A stretch of DNA of 64,000 bases from Eledone cirrhosa (Eukaryota), in NCBI GenBank assembly GCA_964016885.1, contig OZ024742.1, forward strand, positions 31,744,001 through 31,808,000, given 5' to 3'. A model generated the notes under the pieces. That model made no database searches, was not told where the DNA came from, and saw only the letters and a list, made by a program, of their open reading frames with translations. Position 1 is the stretch's first letter; each line of letters opens with the position of its first letter. The position numbers and the translations under genes were made by a program. Of the stretch, positions 15,088 through 27,789 are shown in pieces.

Positions 15088-16067
15088 TAATAACAATAAT
15101 AGTAATAATCGTTGTTGTTGTTTTTGGTAGTATTTGTTCTGGTCCCTTACATTCTGAGTTCAAATCATTCCGGATCATCTTGGTCTTTCATCATTACAAG
15201 ATCGATAAATTAAAGTACCAGACAAGTACTCAAGGCAATATAATCGATTCCAGAAAAAAAAACATTCGCTGGTTTTGTGGTTAAATTATAAATCATTGTT
15301 CTTGTTTATATTCTGGTACCAAGATCGGCATTCTTGTATTAGACATTAAATCTCCTTAAATGTAGAATGAAATCGGAGACATAATCGAAATATTTAATAT
15401 AAAACAATGCTATGAAGATCGATAGATTTTTGTGCGAGCTCACAATAACACACACACATATACAATCACTCACGCACATATACACTCATCCGCAGCATTT
15501 CATTTCAAAGGGAAATAACTCAGTTGCTTTTTAACATTCGACTTTTACTAATATAGACACAAGGCCAGCAAACGATCGTCTTCTTCAGAAACTCTAAACT
15601 ATGATTTTATTTGCTACATATATAAAGAAGCGGAGGCCCGTAGTTTGTGTCCCCCAATGAGTGAGGAAATAGAAGATAAGGGGATGTGTAAATTGAGAGT
15701 AGTAGGTGTAGAAAGTATATAAAGGGTGGGTAAACAAATTGTGTGTGTGTGTATGTATATATATATATATATATACAGGACATCTGGTGTCCTCCATTCT
15801 TAGACAGCCATTTTCCTCCGCCATACTGGGGGCTAAGGCATTATGTTTGCAGAGGAAAAGCTACAAGGTGGAAGAGCTGGTGCAGTAAGTATTGCTGGCT
15901 GTTGTCTTTACAGCAATGCTCTGACCATCTTATCCGTGGATCATAGCTAAGATATACAGCTCAGCTAACACCATAGTGTACCCCCCTACACTCACACACA
16001 CACACTATTTCGTTCATTTTCTTTTTCTCTTTTCTTTCTTTTTGTCATTATTCTATGTAAATGTAAA

Positions 16068-16258
16068 GGGCGGTGGATTGGCAGTATCGGTAGAGAGTCG
16101 GACTCCATGCTTTCCAGCATAGTTACGTCCCTTTACGATCTGAGTTCAAATCCCGCCGAGGTTGACTTTGCCTTTCATCCTTACGAGGTCGATAAAATAA
16201 AGTACCAGTAATACACTGGGTAATTGCTGGCCTTGTGCCTAAAGTAGAAACAATTATT
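16068..16258 (+). mobile_element. SINE family 1, full length
   Basis: GGCGGTGGATTGGCAGTATCGGTAGA head (A-box-like), GAGTTCAAATCC B-box, Nin-like core and ATT tail. Confidence 0.8.
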
Positions 16259-16528
16259 CTATGTAAATGTATTTTGTAAATTTGAACAGATTGACTATAT
16301 ATACACATGCACACACACATACATGTGTGTATGTATGTGTGTGTATGCGTATGTGTGTGTGTGTGTGTGTGTGTATGCGTGTATGCATGTCTGTGTGTAT
16401 ATATATATATATAGAGAGAGAGAGACGTGTATATATGTGTGTGTGTGTATGTTTATATAATATCTATGTATATTTCATGGGTATGTATGTATATATATAT
16501 ATATATATATATATTTATTTATATACTA

Positions 16529-16570
<42 letters not shown>

Positions 16571-16621
16571 ATATGTGTATATACATGTATGTAAATATAT
16601 ATATCTATATCAATATTTCAG

Positions 16622-16697
16622 CCCCTGAAGTAGTCAGCTATGAACCTCTCACCCTTGCTACAGATATGTGGAGTGTTGGTGTGATAACCTATATTTT
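16622..16697 (+). CDS. DAPK1: DAPK-family kinase, exon D (APE, DMWS)
   Basis: atttcag|CC CCT GAA ... ATT TT|gtaagt. APEVVSYEPLTLATDMWSVGVITYIL; 76 nt, phase 1/2. Confidence 0.95.
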
Positions 16698-17439
16698 GTA
16701 AGTATTCGGCTCTTCACAACTAGCGGTTTAGTTTGTTGTTACAACTATCACTACTACTACAACTATCACTACAACTACTACTACTACTATCACTACTACT
16801 ATCACTACTACTATCACCACCACCTGTACTTCTACTACTACATCTATCACATTTATCCTATGACCAACCACCATACTTGCTACCACAATCACACCAACCA
16901 CCATAACCATCACCACATCCACAACTACCACCCTCACCATCAACCACATAAACCACCACCACTACCAACCACTGCCATCACCACCACATGTCACCCCAAA
17001 TCCCAATCAATGTGCTTTTGTCATTATGCTATATTTCAAATGTTGGTGATAATTATAAAAATTTTAGTTGTGGTGGTGGTGGTGGAGGTAGTTGTGGTGG
17101 TGGTAGTAGTAATAGTAGTTGTTGTAATGTTAATAGTGGTGGTGGTGGCAGTAGTAATGCTGAAAATGCATATCAGCAATAGCTGGGGCTTTAACTCTGC
17201 AATCGACTGGCATCCTGTCCAGGGGGTAAGTCTTGTACTCTGTCGTTTCATATCATGGAAACTGGGATAAGTACCAGGATAAGTCGCCAGGCTTTAGACT
17301 TTTAGCAACTTAACTATTCATCCTTGACGGTATTGGAATTCATGAGTGTTAGGTACAAACGTAATATTTAATCCTTTATAATAATATTAATAATGAAAAT
17401 TGATGTGTACAGTGCATTATTATTATTATAACTTTTTCA

Positions 17440-18085
17440 AATGCCGCCGAGGTTAACTTTGCCTTTCATCCTTACGGGGTCGATAAAATAAAGTACCAGT
17501 AATGCACTGGTTAATTGCTGGCCTTGTGCCAATAGTAGAAACAATTATTATTATAATTTTATGGGGTGGTGGATTGGCAGTATCAATAGAGGGTCGGATG
17601 CCATGCTTTGATGCATAGAGTTACGGCCCTTTCCATTCTGATTTCAAATCCCGCCGAGGTTAACTTTGCCTTTCATCCTTACGGGGTCGATAAAATAAAG
17701 TACCAGTAATGCACTGGATAATTGCTGGCCTTGAGCCAAAAGTATATACAGCATACACAAAATAGCACTACTAGGCACTACACACATATTACGAAGAATA
17801 CTCTCAATACAATAGAACAAACACCACCAAAAACCTAACTGCACATACCCAAGGTGCAGAGAGCTGCGCTTGGTAATGCAGTGATAACGCACAAAACAAT
17901 AATAATTGTTTCTACTTTTGGCACAAGGCAAGCAATTAACCAGAGTTACGGCCCTTTATGGCCTGAGTTCAAATCCCGCCGAAGTTAACTTTGCCTTTCA
18001 TCCTTAAGGGGTCGATAAAATAAAGTACCAGTAATGTACTGGATAAATGCTGGCCTTGAGCCAAAAGTAGAAATAATTATTATTA
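17440..18085 (+). mobile_element. Cluster of SINE family 1 copies interleaved with a REL-LINE 3' end (about 17745-17905)
   Basis: Three copies of the CCTTTCATCCTTA.GGGGTCGATAAAAT core. 17745-17905 is the reverse-orientation homologue of 39190-39310 joined to 40421-40450. Confidence 0.7.
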
Positions 18086-18381
18086 TAACTTTATATAAGA
18101 ACCACATATTAAATTACTATCTTAGTAATGAAATAATTTATAATTTTAGTAAATCCCTCAAAATTATTTATTAATTAAATGAAATAGTGTATTTCATAGA
18201 AATATGATCATGAAAGGGTTACAATACTGTAGCTAGTTTGGTTCTTTACAGTCAGAACTATCTCTATATGTTTTTCCATGTGCTTGATGTTTTCTTCTTA
18301 CTTTACATCACTTCTCTTCGTCTTCTCTCACCACTGATGATGATGATGATGATGATGATTATGACTGCTATGATAAATTGA

Positions 18382-18561
<180 letters not shown>

Positions 18562-18637
18562 TAATTATTTAAAAACCAGTCAACAACCCCTTGTTTTATT
18601 GGTGGTATACACTAATATTTGGTTTCTACACCAGACT

Positions 18638-18866
18638 TTAACCCTTCAGCATTTAAACCAGCTGTATCTGGCCAGAATTATCTCACCTCTTTCTGTTCAA
18701 ACTGGCTGTAGCTGGTGGCTCATACTTATGTTAAGTTATTGTTATCAAAATAAATAATATCAAAATCTCATAGATTTGATATTATGGTAGATGATTATGT
18801 AAGATAATGCCTTTACCACAAAAATACGATAGTAAATGTAGAGTAATGTAAATGCTAAAGGGTTAA
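18638..18866. mobile_element. piggyBac-type MITE
   Basis: TTAA|CCCTTCAGCATTTA ... TAAATGCTAAAGGG|TTAA: TTAA target duplication with CCC...GGG termini; second copy at 59145-59343. Confidence 0.85.
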
Positions 18867-18873
18867 TGATGCT

Positions 18874-19258
18874 ATCATCATCATCATTTTATGCCCGCTT
18901 TTCCCTGCTTGCAAGGGTGGGACAGGAACTGATTCTGGCTTGATTTCTGCAGCTGGATGCCCTTCCTTACACCAACCTCATTTACAGTGAGTGCTGGGTG
19001 CTTTTTTTCCGTGGCACCTACACATTCAATTTCCAGTGTGGACTGGGTGCTTTTTTGCCGTGGCACCTCCACGACCACTTTGCAGTGGAATGATAGGGAA
19101 CCCAGTCCTATCATCTCATTTCTACAGCTGAGTAAACTGGAGCAATGTGAAATAAAGTGTCTTGTTCAAGGAAACAACACATCACCCGGTCTGAGAATTG
19201 AACTCACAACCTTTCGATTGCAAGGCCAATGTTCTAACCACTAAGCCATGCGCCTCCA
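18874..19258 (-). mobile_element. tRNA-derived SINE family 2 with RTE-A-derived 3' end
   Basis: On the minus strand: TGGCTTAGTGG A-box, GAGTTCAATTC B-box, CCTTGAACAAGACACT core and CCCACCCTTGCAAGCAGGGAAAAGCGG...(GAT)n tail. Confidence 0.8.
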
Positions 19259-19267
19259 TGATTGTGG

Positions 19268-19301
<34 letters not shown>

Positions 19302-20064
19302 AAAGTGGTCATGTAGGTGCCACAACAAAAAGCACCTAGCACACACTGTAAATGTGGTTGGTGTTAGGAAGGGCATCCAGCTATAGAAACTAAGCCAGAA
19401 TCAGTTCTGTATGAGCAAGACATGGTCATCAGACCACAATATACTGCCAAACATACACAACACACACATACATTTCCCTCCACTAAATGAAGAGGAAATA
19501 AACCTACACAGCCTAGAATTACTCTGCCACACTCAAATACCAACTCCCAGGTCTGGCAAAAAGCCAACAGCCTCATAGTTTCAACACTTATATTGTATCT
19601 TGGACAGGCCTCTTTGTCTCTCTCTCTCACACAAACTGACCAGTACTGTCTCCCAAATTTGTGACCTTTTAGCAATGTCAAGAACATAGGTCATCAAGTG
19701 ACCAGTCCTGTCTCCTAGACATGTGAGGTGATGGAGTTGACACCGAGGTGATGAAGGAGTTGACACCGAGGTGATGGAGGTGTGTTGGGTCCGAGGTGGT
19801 TAAATTATTGGCATAAAGAAGGGCCTCTGGTTGTAAAACATTGGTTTGAAAACCACCCCTGTGATCAATATGTCTATCATAAGACCTTACACATTCTGAT
19901 CCCTATTTTAAGGGGATAAAAGGCCTTAAAATGTTGTTGTTGGGCCAATGTTGGATATGGTTATTTTCATCATACATTGTTTTGTTTTTATTTTTTTTGT
20001 TTGTACCATGGATATTTTAAACTGTTTCCTTTTTTCTTTCTTTCCTTCTTCTCACTAATCATAG

Positions 20065-20110
20065 GAAACGAGCCAGCGCTACAGATTGCATGAGTCATCC
20101 TTGGATACAG
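20065..20110 (+). CDS. DAPK1: DAPK-family kinase, exon F (end of kinase domain)
   Basis: Polypyrimidine tract plus ctcactaatcatag|G AAA CGA ... TGG ATA CAG|gtgaga. KRASATDCMSHPWIQ; 46 nt, phase 2/0. Confidence 0.92.
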
Positions 20111-20985
20111 GTGAGATAAGATTTTAGACTTGACATCTGTACAAAGGAGAAAGATCTAAACATCTAAAGTTCAAACAAATGTCTCTATACCTTTACATAT
20201 ACTTTTGCATTGTGCATTGTACTTCTAAATGATCTGATTGTACTCCTTTCACTGGTGCTGCTGCCACCACTGCTACTGCTACTACTGCTGCTGGTGCTGT
20301 TGTTATCTGGCGGAGGAAAAAAAAACTATCAATGGGCCATTTTTGTTCTTGTATCTTCTTATTTTTCTTCTTCTTCGTCGTCTTCATCTTCTAAATAGTT
20401 TCCCATCTGACACAACACTCAGTGTTCTTTCTGGGAAAAGAAGCCAAAAAAAAAAAAAAAAATACAACAAACAACAAAAGCATTTGTGTGAAACAATTGC
20501 TTTTATTATTATTATTATCATTATTATTACTATTTTTTTAAGAAAAATGTAAAAGTGAAGAAAAAACAACACAAAAGAAATTTCCTTCTAAAAGAAAAAA
20601 GAAAAAAACTTTCATCTTATGTGAAATAAGATGTCATATTATTCCTGAATCTAGAAGGAATGAAGGAAAAAGATATTCAGAATGACGGAACGAATGGATG
20701 ACCAATGTATTTGTCTGAAAAGGAAATATATAACTGAGTGAACAGAGACAAGAAATACCTTCCTCAATAACAAATCCCTTCGGTCTTTCTATAAAACCCA
20801 GAAATATTTTGGATCTGTTATTATTATATAAAGCACCAGTGTGCCAAAAGTAGAAATAATTATTATTATTAGATATAGTTTGGGTTTCATACTGTGTACA
20901 CTGTGTCACTTACACATACACAGGCACTCTGCTACATTAAATTATGTGTGTGGGTGTATATATATACACACGTATAACATATATA

Positions 20986-21017
<32 letters not shown>

Positions 21018-21080
21018 CCTATAACATATATATATATAGTTTTAATATTAAAATTAGGCTGTGTAGGTTACAATGATAAT

Positions 21081-21290
21081 ATTAAAAACACACGTGGGAG
21101 ATATATAGAAAACAGAAAACTTGGCAGAGACAAGAACATGGACAGTTCCTGCTCATCAGCCGTCTTCTGAGTCTTTGGAAGCATCTGAAACTATAATGAT
21201 CTGCAGAAGACAGCTGATGAGCATGAATTGTCCATGTTCTTGTCTCTTCCAAGTTTTCTGTTTCCTATATATGTTCCGTGTATTTTTTAA

Positions 21291-21291
<1 letters not shown>
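21081..21291. repeat. Long inverted repeat (arms about 90 bp, loop about 34 bp) between (TA)n tracts
   Basis: AAACAGAAAACTTGGCAGAGACAAGAACATGGACAGTTCCTGCTCATCAGCCGTCTTCTG versus CAGAAGACAGCTGATGAGCATGAATTGTCCATGTTCTTGTCTCTTCCAAGTTTTCTGTTT. Confidence 0.9.
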
Positions 21292-21329
<38 letters not shown>

Positions 21330-22095
21330 AAAATTATAGGCAGGTGTATATATTTTTATAATGTTTACATGTTTTTGAATGAATAGATGGATTCTTCTAA
21401 GAACATGACAGTAGCAGAGAATTTGTCTTCAGGTATTCCTGCTACTGTGAAATTTGGTGGCAGTTGAACCCATCAAATGTTGTGATAAAAACTAAACTAC
21501 CACCAGCATTTACCTGTCTCCTTTAAACCCACCTTTAAACCCTAATCTGTGATTGTTGATTCTACAACGAGAAGTTTCTACTTCAAGATAAATTTAAAAA
21601 GAAAGAAAAAAATATATAAAAATGTTCAAAAATATAAAAAAAATGTTTAAAAAAATGAAATACTAACCAAAGATATTAACATTAAGTTTATTATATATGT
21701 ATGTAATTATGTGTGTGTAATTATATATACCTTTTGGTATTCATCTGTATTGTTATATACAATGGCTATATACATCTGCTGTATGTATTATGGTGTTTCC
21801 CTCCTATAACATAGTGTGTTCACTATGATGGAAGAAATTAATTTATTTCTCACATCATTGAGTGTTTAGGGACTACCTCAAATAATTCAACTGGTGTGGC
21901 CTTATTACAGCTTCAGCTGGAAATAATATATATATATGAGTCTGGAACTAGCTATTGAAATGGCAAGAGCTCAACTGTCTCTTTATAATATAGCCTTAGT
22001 CAACTATCCCAAATATTGAGTACTCTGTTGAGCAATGGTCTAACTAGTTTACAACTGGTTCTATTCTGATATATATATATATATATATATAAGTG

Positions 22096-22212
22096 AAGGC
22101 GCGTGGCTGAGTGGTTAGAGAATTGGATTCGTAATCGTGAGGTTGTGAGTTTGATTCCTGGACCGGGCGATGCGTTATGTCCTTGGGCAAGACACTTTAT
22201 TTCACGTTGCTC
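22096..22212 (+). mobile_element. tRNA-derived SINE head, 3'-truncated
   Basis: TGGCTGAGTGG A-box, GTTTGATTCC B-box, then TGTCCTTGGGCAAGACACTT core. Confidence 0.7.
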
Positions 22213-22311
22213 CTTCTACCTGGATTTGCGACCAATAGATAGTATTAGCAATTGGAAAGACCAATGGAAACAATGTTTCCTCGGTCTGATTTGACGAAAG
22301 TCGATCGACTG

Positions 22312-22356
<45 letters not shown>

Positions 22357-23700
22357 TCATATATTCCGTCCAATCCTTGCTAACAGGGAAAATAGATGTT
22401 AAACGATAGTGATGGTTATGGTAATTCATATATATTAGTTATATATATGCATTGGTCCAGCCCATGCCATGTAAAATGGTGAACAATACCTTAATTTCAG
22501 TATGAGTGGCCAGTTATGGTCTGTTTAAACTGAAAGAGGTGAGAGAATTCTGTCCGGATACGGCTGGTTAAATGCTAAAGGGTTAAGTAATGATTCAGTC
22601 ATTCCCAAATATTAACTGGAACAGCTGTTAACAAATTTATCAGTGAACATGTAATATTAACAACTTCAACCAATCAAGGTACCATGCCCGCTTGAAGACA
22701 TAGACAGAGCAACAATATGCTTACACAGTCCACACTCAACCATAAATATATCAGTTATAGCTTTTTCTGTTATGGACTTTCATACATAATTGTTTGTATT
22801 TATCTGATGATGTCACACCTGTTTGTTACATAACTCTAACATGCTGGTGTTACTGAAATGTGCATAATAAAAAAAAAACGGTCTCAATTTTGATTCGTTT
22901 AATGATACTCTAACATGTAAGATGTGATCCCGTATTATTGCTGGGTACATACTAGTGACATGGAGTGCTCCATTCTGCTTACACTATAGTTTATTTCAGA
23001 GAGTTGCGTAAGCCTCATCTCAATCAACAAATGCTTGAATAAATGACAACTAATTATATATATATATGCTACTATGCCCATGGTCTTTTGTGACCATTGC
23101 AGAGTACATGAATAATACACCACTAATGCGACCATTCTTATTCTGATGATGGGGTTGTGAAGGTCTCAAAACTTTAATAATAGATACATAGATTTAGGAA
23201 TGCTATAGTTGTGAAACAAACATAAAGAAGAACTGAGGAAATATGAAAAATCAAAGTTGAGCAGAGACAGATGATCAACCAAACTGACAAGAACCAATCA
23301 AATGAATGAAGATCACATGACAAATATAATTCTGAAAACTTTCAGACACATGACCAACCACATCCTTGAATAACCAATGAAATGAATGAACAGAGATCAC
23401 ATGACAAATATAATTGTCTAAACTTTCACAATATTCACGGAGCAGCCATATTTACCTCAAAACTCAGACAATTGAATATAATGGTTGCCATGGAAATAGA
23501 AGTGACCAAAGACAAACAAAAAATTCAATAAAAATGAAAAAAAAAAGCCATTCAGCAAACACCAAGAGGTGATTTCAAGATGTCACCAATAGTAGAGTGA
23601 CATCTTTCATAGAGAAACAGTGTTTCTTTCATATTTGGACCTATTAACATATTGATCGGAGGAATATATGTTTATAAACTTCATAAAGTGTGTATATATA

Positions 23701-23774
<74 letters not shown>

Positions 23775-24194
23775 CGTGTGTGTGTGTGTATCACGGACGT
23801 AAAATGATGATGATGATGAGTGTTTTTTGTCCTATGTTCATTATAAAATACTGTTAGTCTACTCTGCCTGTTCAGTCAAATGTAGGAACATATTTCCAGA
23901 ATTATTAGCTCTTTGTTCTATTTGTTATTGTCCCAATACTTAGAAACTCATAGTCACCCTATGAGGACAGTTTACACTGTTTCTTCTTGGAATAAATCAA
24001 TGTGGCATGGTATACAGGTTATTTTGTTGACTCACATAATTCCTAACCTGAAGCTTGTACAGCTTTAGTTGCTACATAGCTCAGATCAAGATGGGTGACT
24101 ACATAAAACTGCTTTTTATTTTGTTCCTTTTTAAATTGTTGATTTATATGTTTGTGTAGTAGTAGCCCTGGTTTTGTAATGTGTTGAAGTAAGC

Positions 24195-24456
24195 ATAACA
24201 ACCTTCATGATTGGTTAAATCAAAAGTGTGTGGCTTATGTAACAAGCTCACTGATTGGTTTAATCAAATGTGTGTGTGTGCGACCTAGTGTTTTGCGTTG
24301 AAGTATATGTAACAACTTTACTGATTGGTTAAATCAAAGATGTGTGTATGTAACCTAGTGTTTTGCGTTGATGTATATGTAACACACGCTCACTGATTGG
24401 TTAAAACAAAGATGTGTGATGTATGTAACAACTTCACTGATTGGTTAAATCAAAGT
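24195..24456. repeat. Degenerate tandem repeat with five TGATTGGTT (CCAAT-box) motifs
   Basis: TGATTGGTT at about 24209, 24253, 24322, 24394 and 24438, embedded in related units. Confidence 0.75.
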
Positions 24457-24960
24457 TGTTAGTTTTGGAGTAATAGTTGTAATAAATTGGTTTAATTTAA
24501 ATTATGAAATAGAATTTTTTCTTTCAATAGTAAGGTTTAAATTTTGCGAAAATATTTAAACTATTTTGTTTTGACTGCTTTTATGGTAAGAGATGACCAC
24601 CATTGAACTTGGCTAAAAACTTTACTGATAAACTTTTAGTCAAAGACTCTTTATTAATAAACCTTTAGTTAAAAACTCTTTATTTATAAACCTTTAGTCA
24701 AAACTCTTTATTGGTAAACTTCTAGTGAAAACCTCATTATAAACAATAACCTTTTAGCCAAAACTATGTTAGGGTTATTTTATTGAGTCTGGTTATAAAA
24801 TATTTATTTACCCCTGGTTATTGCTCCTCTGGTGTTGACCATTTTTTTACCATTTCTTTATCAAAAATGTATAAATTATGAAAGATGAAATACAACAAAT
24901 ATTTGTTCAGTTTGTTTTATTTATTATTTTTTTTAATTTGTTCTATATAATGTGTTACAC

Positions 24961-25019
<59 letters not shown>

Positions 25020-25112
25020 GTTAATGAGTTTTATATCGCATAACAATAATATTTGATTTGTTTGTAAGTGAACAGCCTCTTTATGCTATGTTTTTGATGA
25101 CCACTGTCATCC

Positions 25113-25385
25113 ATTCATATTTGCAGTGGCATCAAGGAGTAGTCAACATGTTTCTGGGTTATTGCCCTATGTCAAGACTGTGTACCTCTCTGCCACTCAC
25201 TTGAATTGTGGAAAATATATAATATTTTCTAAAGTATGCATCAGTTGATTAGCCTCATTTGCATACTGGGCGATTTTACAGCTGGCTTAGCCAAAAATTA
25301 AAAACAAACAGGAACAGACTTGACAAAGGGCAATAAGCCAGAAACATGTTGACTGTTCCTTGATGCTGTTTGCTTGCAAATGAAT
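25113..25385. repeat. Inverted repeat (arms about 60-70 bp) carrying a decayed hammerhead-like motif
   Basis: GCATCAAGGAGTAGTCAACATGTTTCTGGGTTATTGCCCTATGTCAAG versus CTTGACAAAGGGCAATAAGCCAGAAACATGTTGACTGTTCCTTGATGC. Confidence 0.85.
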
Positions 25386-25413
25386 TAAATTTTATTATTA
25401 TTATTATTTGATA

Positions 25414-25592
25414 TGGTGGATTAGCAGTATCGGTAGATACTTTGATGTATAGTTACGGCCCTTGCCATTCTGAGTTCAAATCCCGCCAAGGTTAACTTTG
25501 CCTTTCATCCTTACGGGGTCGATAAAATAAAGTACCAGTAATGTACTGAGATAATTGCTGGCCTTGTGCCAAAAGTAGAAACAATTATTATT
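25414..25592 (+). mobile_element. SINE family 1
   Basis: Same head, core and tail as 16068-16258. Confidence 0.8.
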
Positions 25593-26714
25593 ATTTGATA
25601 TAAAACTCATAAATACATTTATGTAACCTGCTACGAGCAAGAATTCAAATACTAGTAAAAAAAATTTTTATTATTTGTTATTTATTGTTATTATTAAGGT
25701 TTGCATGTATATAGGCAGCTGGGTGAATTAGATCCACAAATCTTTAGATTTCTATCAAGCTCTGCATGCCTCTAGAATTTGTTAGTCTGTCTTGTTGTAT
25801 AATCAATACACATTACTTTACATTGTTTCTCAACAAACTCTCTATTATGTGTTGTACTGGGAATAAACCTCACCAGACTCGCGTATTATGCAACTCTGGT
25901 GTTTTTCTTTATTTTCTTTTGTTTTTCTTTCGTTCCTTCTTTATTTATATATTTATTTATTTGTCTTTTTTTGTCGACATTTTGTCATTGTCTTCAGTTT
26001 TGTAATGTCCAGTATTGTTTCAGTTGTTGTTACACTTGTGTTGTTGTTTCCAGTTGAGCAACAACAGCAAAAAAAACCCTGGACTCAACTTAGAATCTCC
26101 AATTAGTCCAAAATGTTCTCTTACCTTTAAAGAATCTCTACAATTTTTTGCTCTTGAAATTACCCATATTTCCTGTGCTCATATTGATATATCATACATA
26201 CCAGTCTCTCCTCTCCATGCCACCAATGTTGTCCAAGGGAAAGACAAGGGCCGCTACAGCTTGGCACCAGTGACGTGACAACTCATTTCTACAGTTGAGT
26301 AAACTAGAACAACGTGAAATAAAGTGCTCAAGAACACAACACATCAGCTAGTCTGGGAATTGAACTTACAACCTGATGATTGAAAGCCCAATGCTCTAAC
26401 CACTAAGCCTGTTTAATTCATAGGTTATTATTTCAACTAGATTAATTAATAGTTCACTACAGCCTACTGTGGTTATCCTCCTTGATTTTTGATGGCAGAT
26501 CTTTGAGGGGGGGAAAAAAAAAAGAAACAACCAAAGATTTCTTGGGAAGAAGCAGTTAGATTGGAGTTATAACTGATCTTTCAAAACAGAGACAATTAGG
26601 GATAAGGTTCTATGACAGTCACCTAATTTATGGCAACATTAAATAAAAAATATTTATGAAAAGATGATGGTAGCAATGATGATATTTTCATTGTTTAACC
26701 CATATCTAAAAAAA

Positions 26715-26960
26715 TCTAAAGTCAGTCTTGAGCCCAGTGTTGTGAAGTGACAGAATGAACAAGACTCTTCCCTGGATAGGACACCAGTCCATTGCAGGGT
26801 TAAACCCCCAGCTATTACTGGTACTCATTTTCAGCTGAGTATACTGGAACAATGTGAAATGAAGTGTTTTGCTCAAGTATACAACCCAGTCCAGTCCACG
26901 AATTGAACCTACATTATTATCGTAAGTCCAGCACCCTAACCATGAGGCCACATGCCTCCA
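26715..26960 (-). mobile_element. tRNA-derived SINE family 3
   Basis: Minus-strand tRNA-like head, then CTTGAGCAAAACACTT, CTCAGCTGAAAATGAGTACC and GGTTTAACCCTGCAATGGACTGG. Copies at 36770-37160(+), 47305-47565(-) and 53975-54210(+). Confidence 0.7.
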
Positions 26961-27789
26961 CTAACTCCATGTCAGCCCAAATCAACCAGATCTATGATGA
27001 AATATGTTCCAGCTGTGACCATCTTTTATTTAGTGTGTCTGGAATCACATTATTCAATCTACCTATCTATCTATCCTTCATAAGTCATTTGAAGTACAGT
27101 TTGAGGGAGATTTTGCTGCTATTTTTAGCCAGTCATGCAACTGTGTAGTTTCTTTTCATTGGCTTCATGGAATGATCACCATGCATTGGGTTCTAGTATT
27201 GCACATGAATGTATTTTTGTTGTTGTTTTATAATTTAATACAATGTAAGACAACAGCCTTACCATTTTCAAATCATTCTAGACTAGAGGGAGCAATAGAT
27301 TTTGACTGTTATGCCTATTAGTGTGGATTAAATTGGTAAAACAAGATAAAAGCCCGTCACAGCACACTCACACTTATTTCATATATTAATTTAAATTTAA
27401 GTATATAAATATTCATAAATTTAAATTAAATTTTAATAAATTCAATAATTGATAATTTAAATTTATTTCATTTCAATTTATTTAATTTAAATTTCATTTA
27501 AATATATTTTTTGATTTGTTAAATTATAAATTAAATTTGATGAATTATAAATAGAATTTAATAAATTGTAAATTTAATTTAATAAATTTAATTTTTTTTT
27601 TTTTTTTTTGGCCACTTTCCAATCTTCACTAGTTTCCTTGGAGTTTTTTTTTCTTTTGGGGTTTTTTTTTTCTTCAGGATTAATAATATTCAGTAATAAA
27701 AGTTTGAAGGCAAATATTTACAAAGAGGTAATTCCAGGGGGTTTGATTCTTGGAAAGAGGGATTTCTTCTTTTTCTCCTCCTTCTCCTC

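Noticed and set aside
22096-22170. tRNA gene
   Set aside because: A and B boxes are present but continue into a SINE core, and the cloverleaf is imperfect; the same applies to the other SINE heads.
26054-26278. Possible alternative terminal exon (tttccag|LSNNSKKNPGLNLESP..., phase 0)
   Set aside because: The acceptor is plausible, but the peptide has no recognisable similarity and runs into an antisense SINE; unsupported without transcripts.
27380-27610. Nearly pure A/T stretch as an origin or organellar insert
   Set aside because: Low complexity with no recognisable gene or motif.
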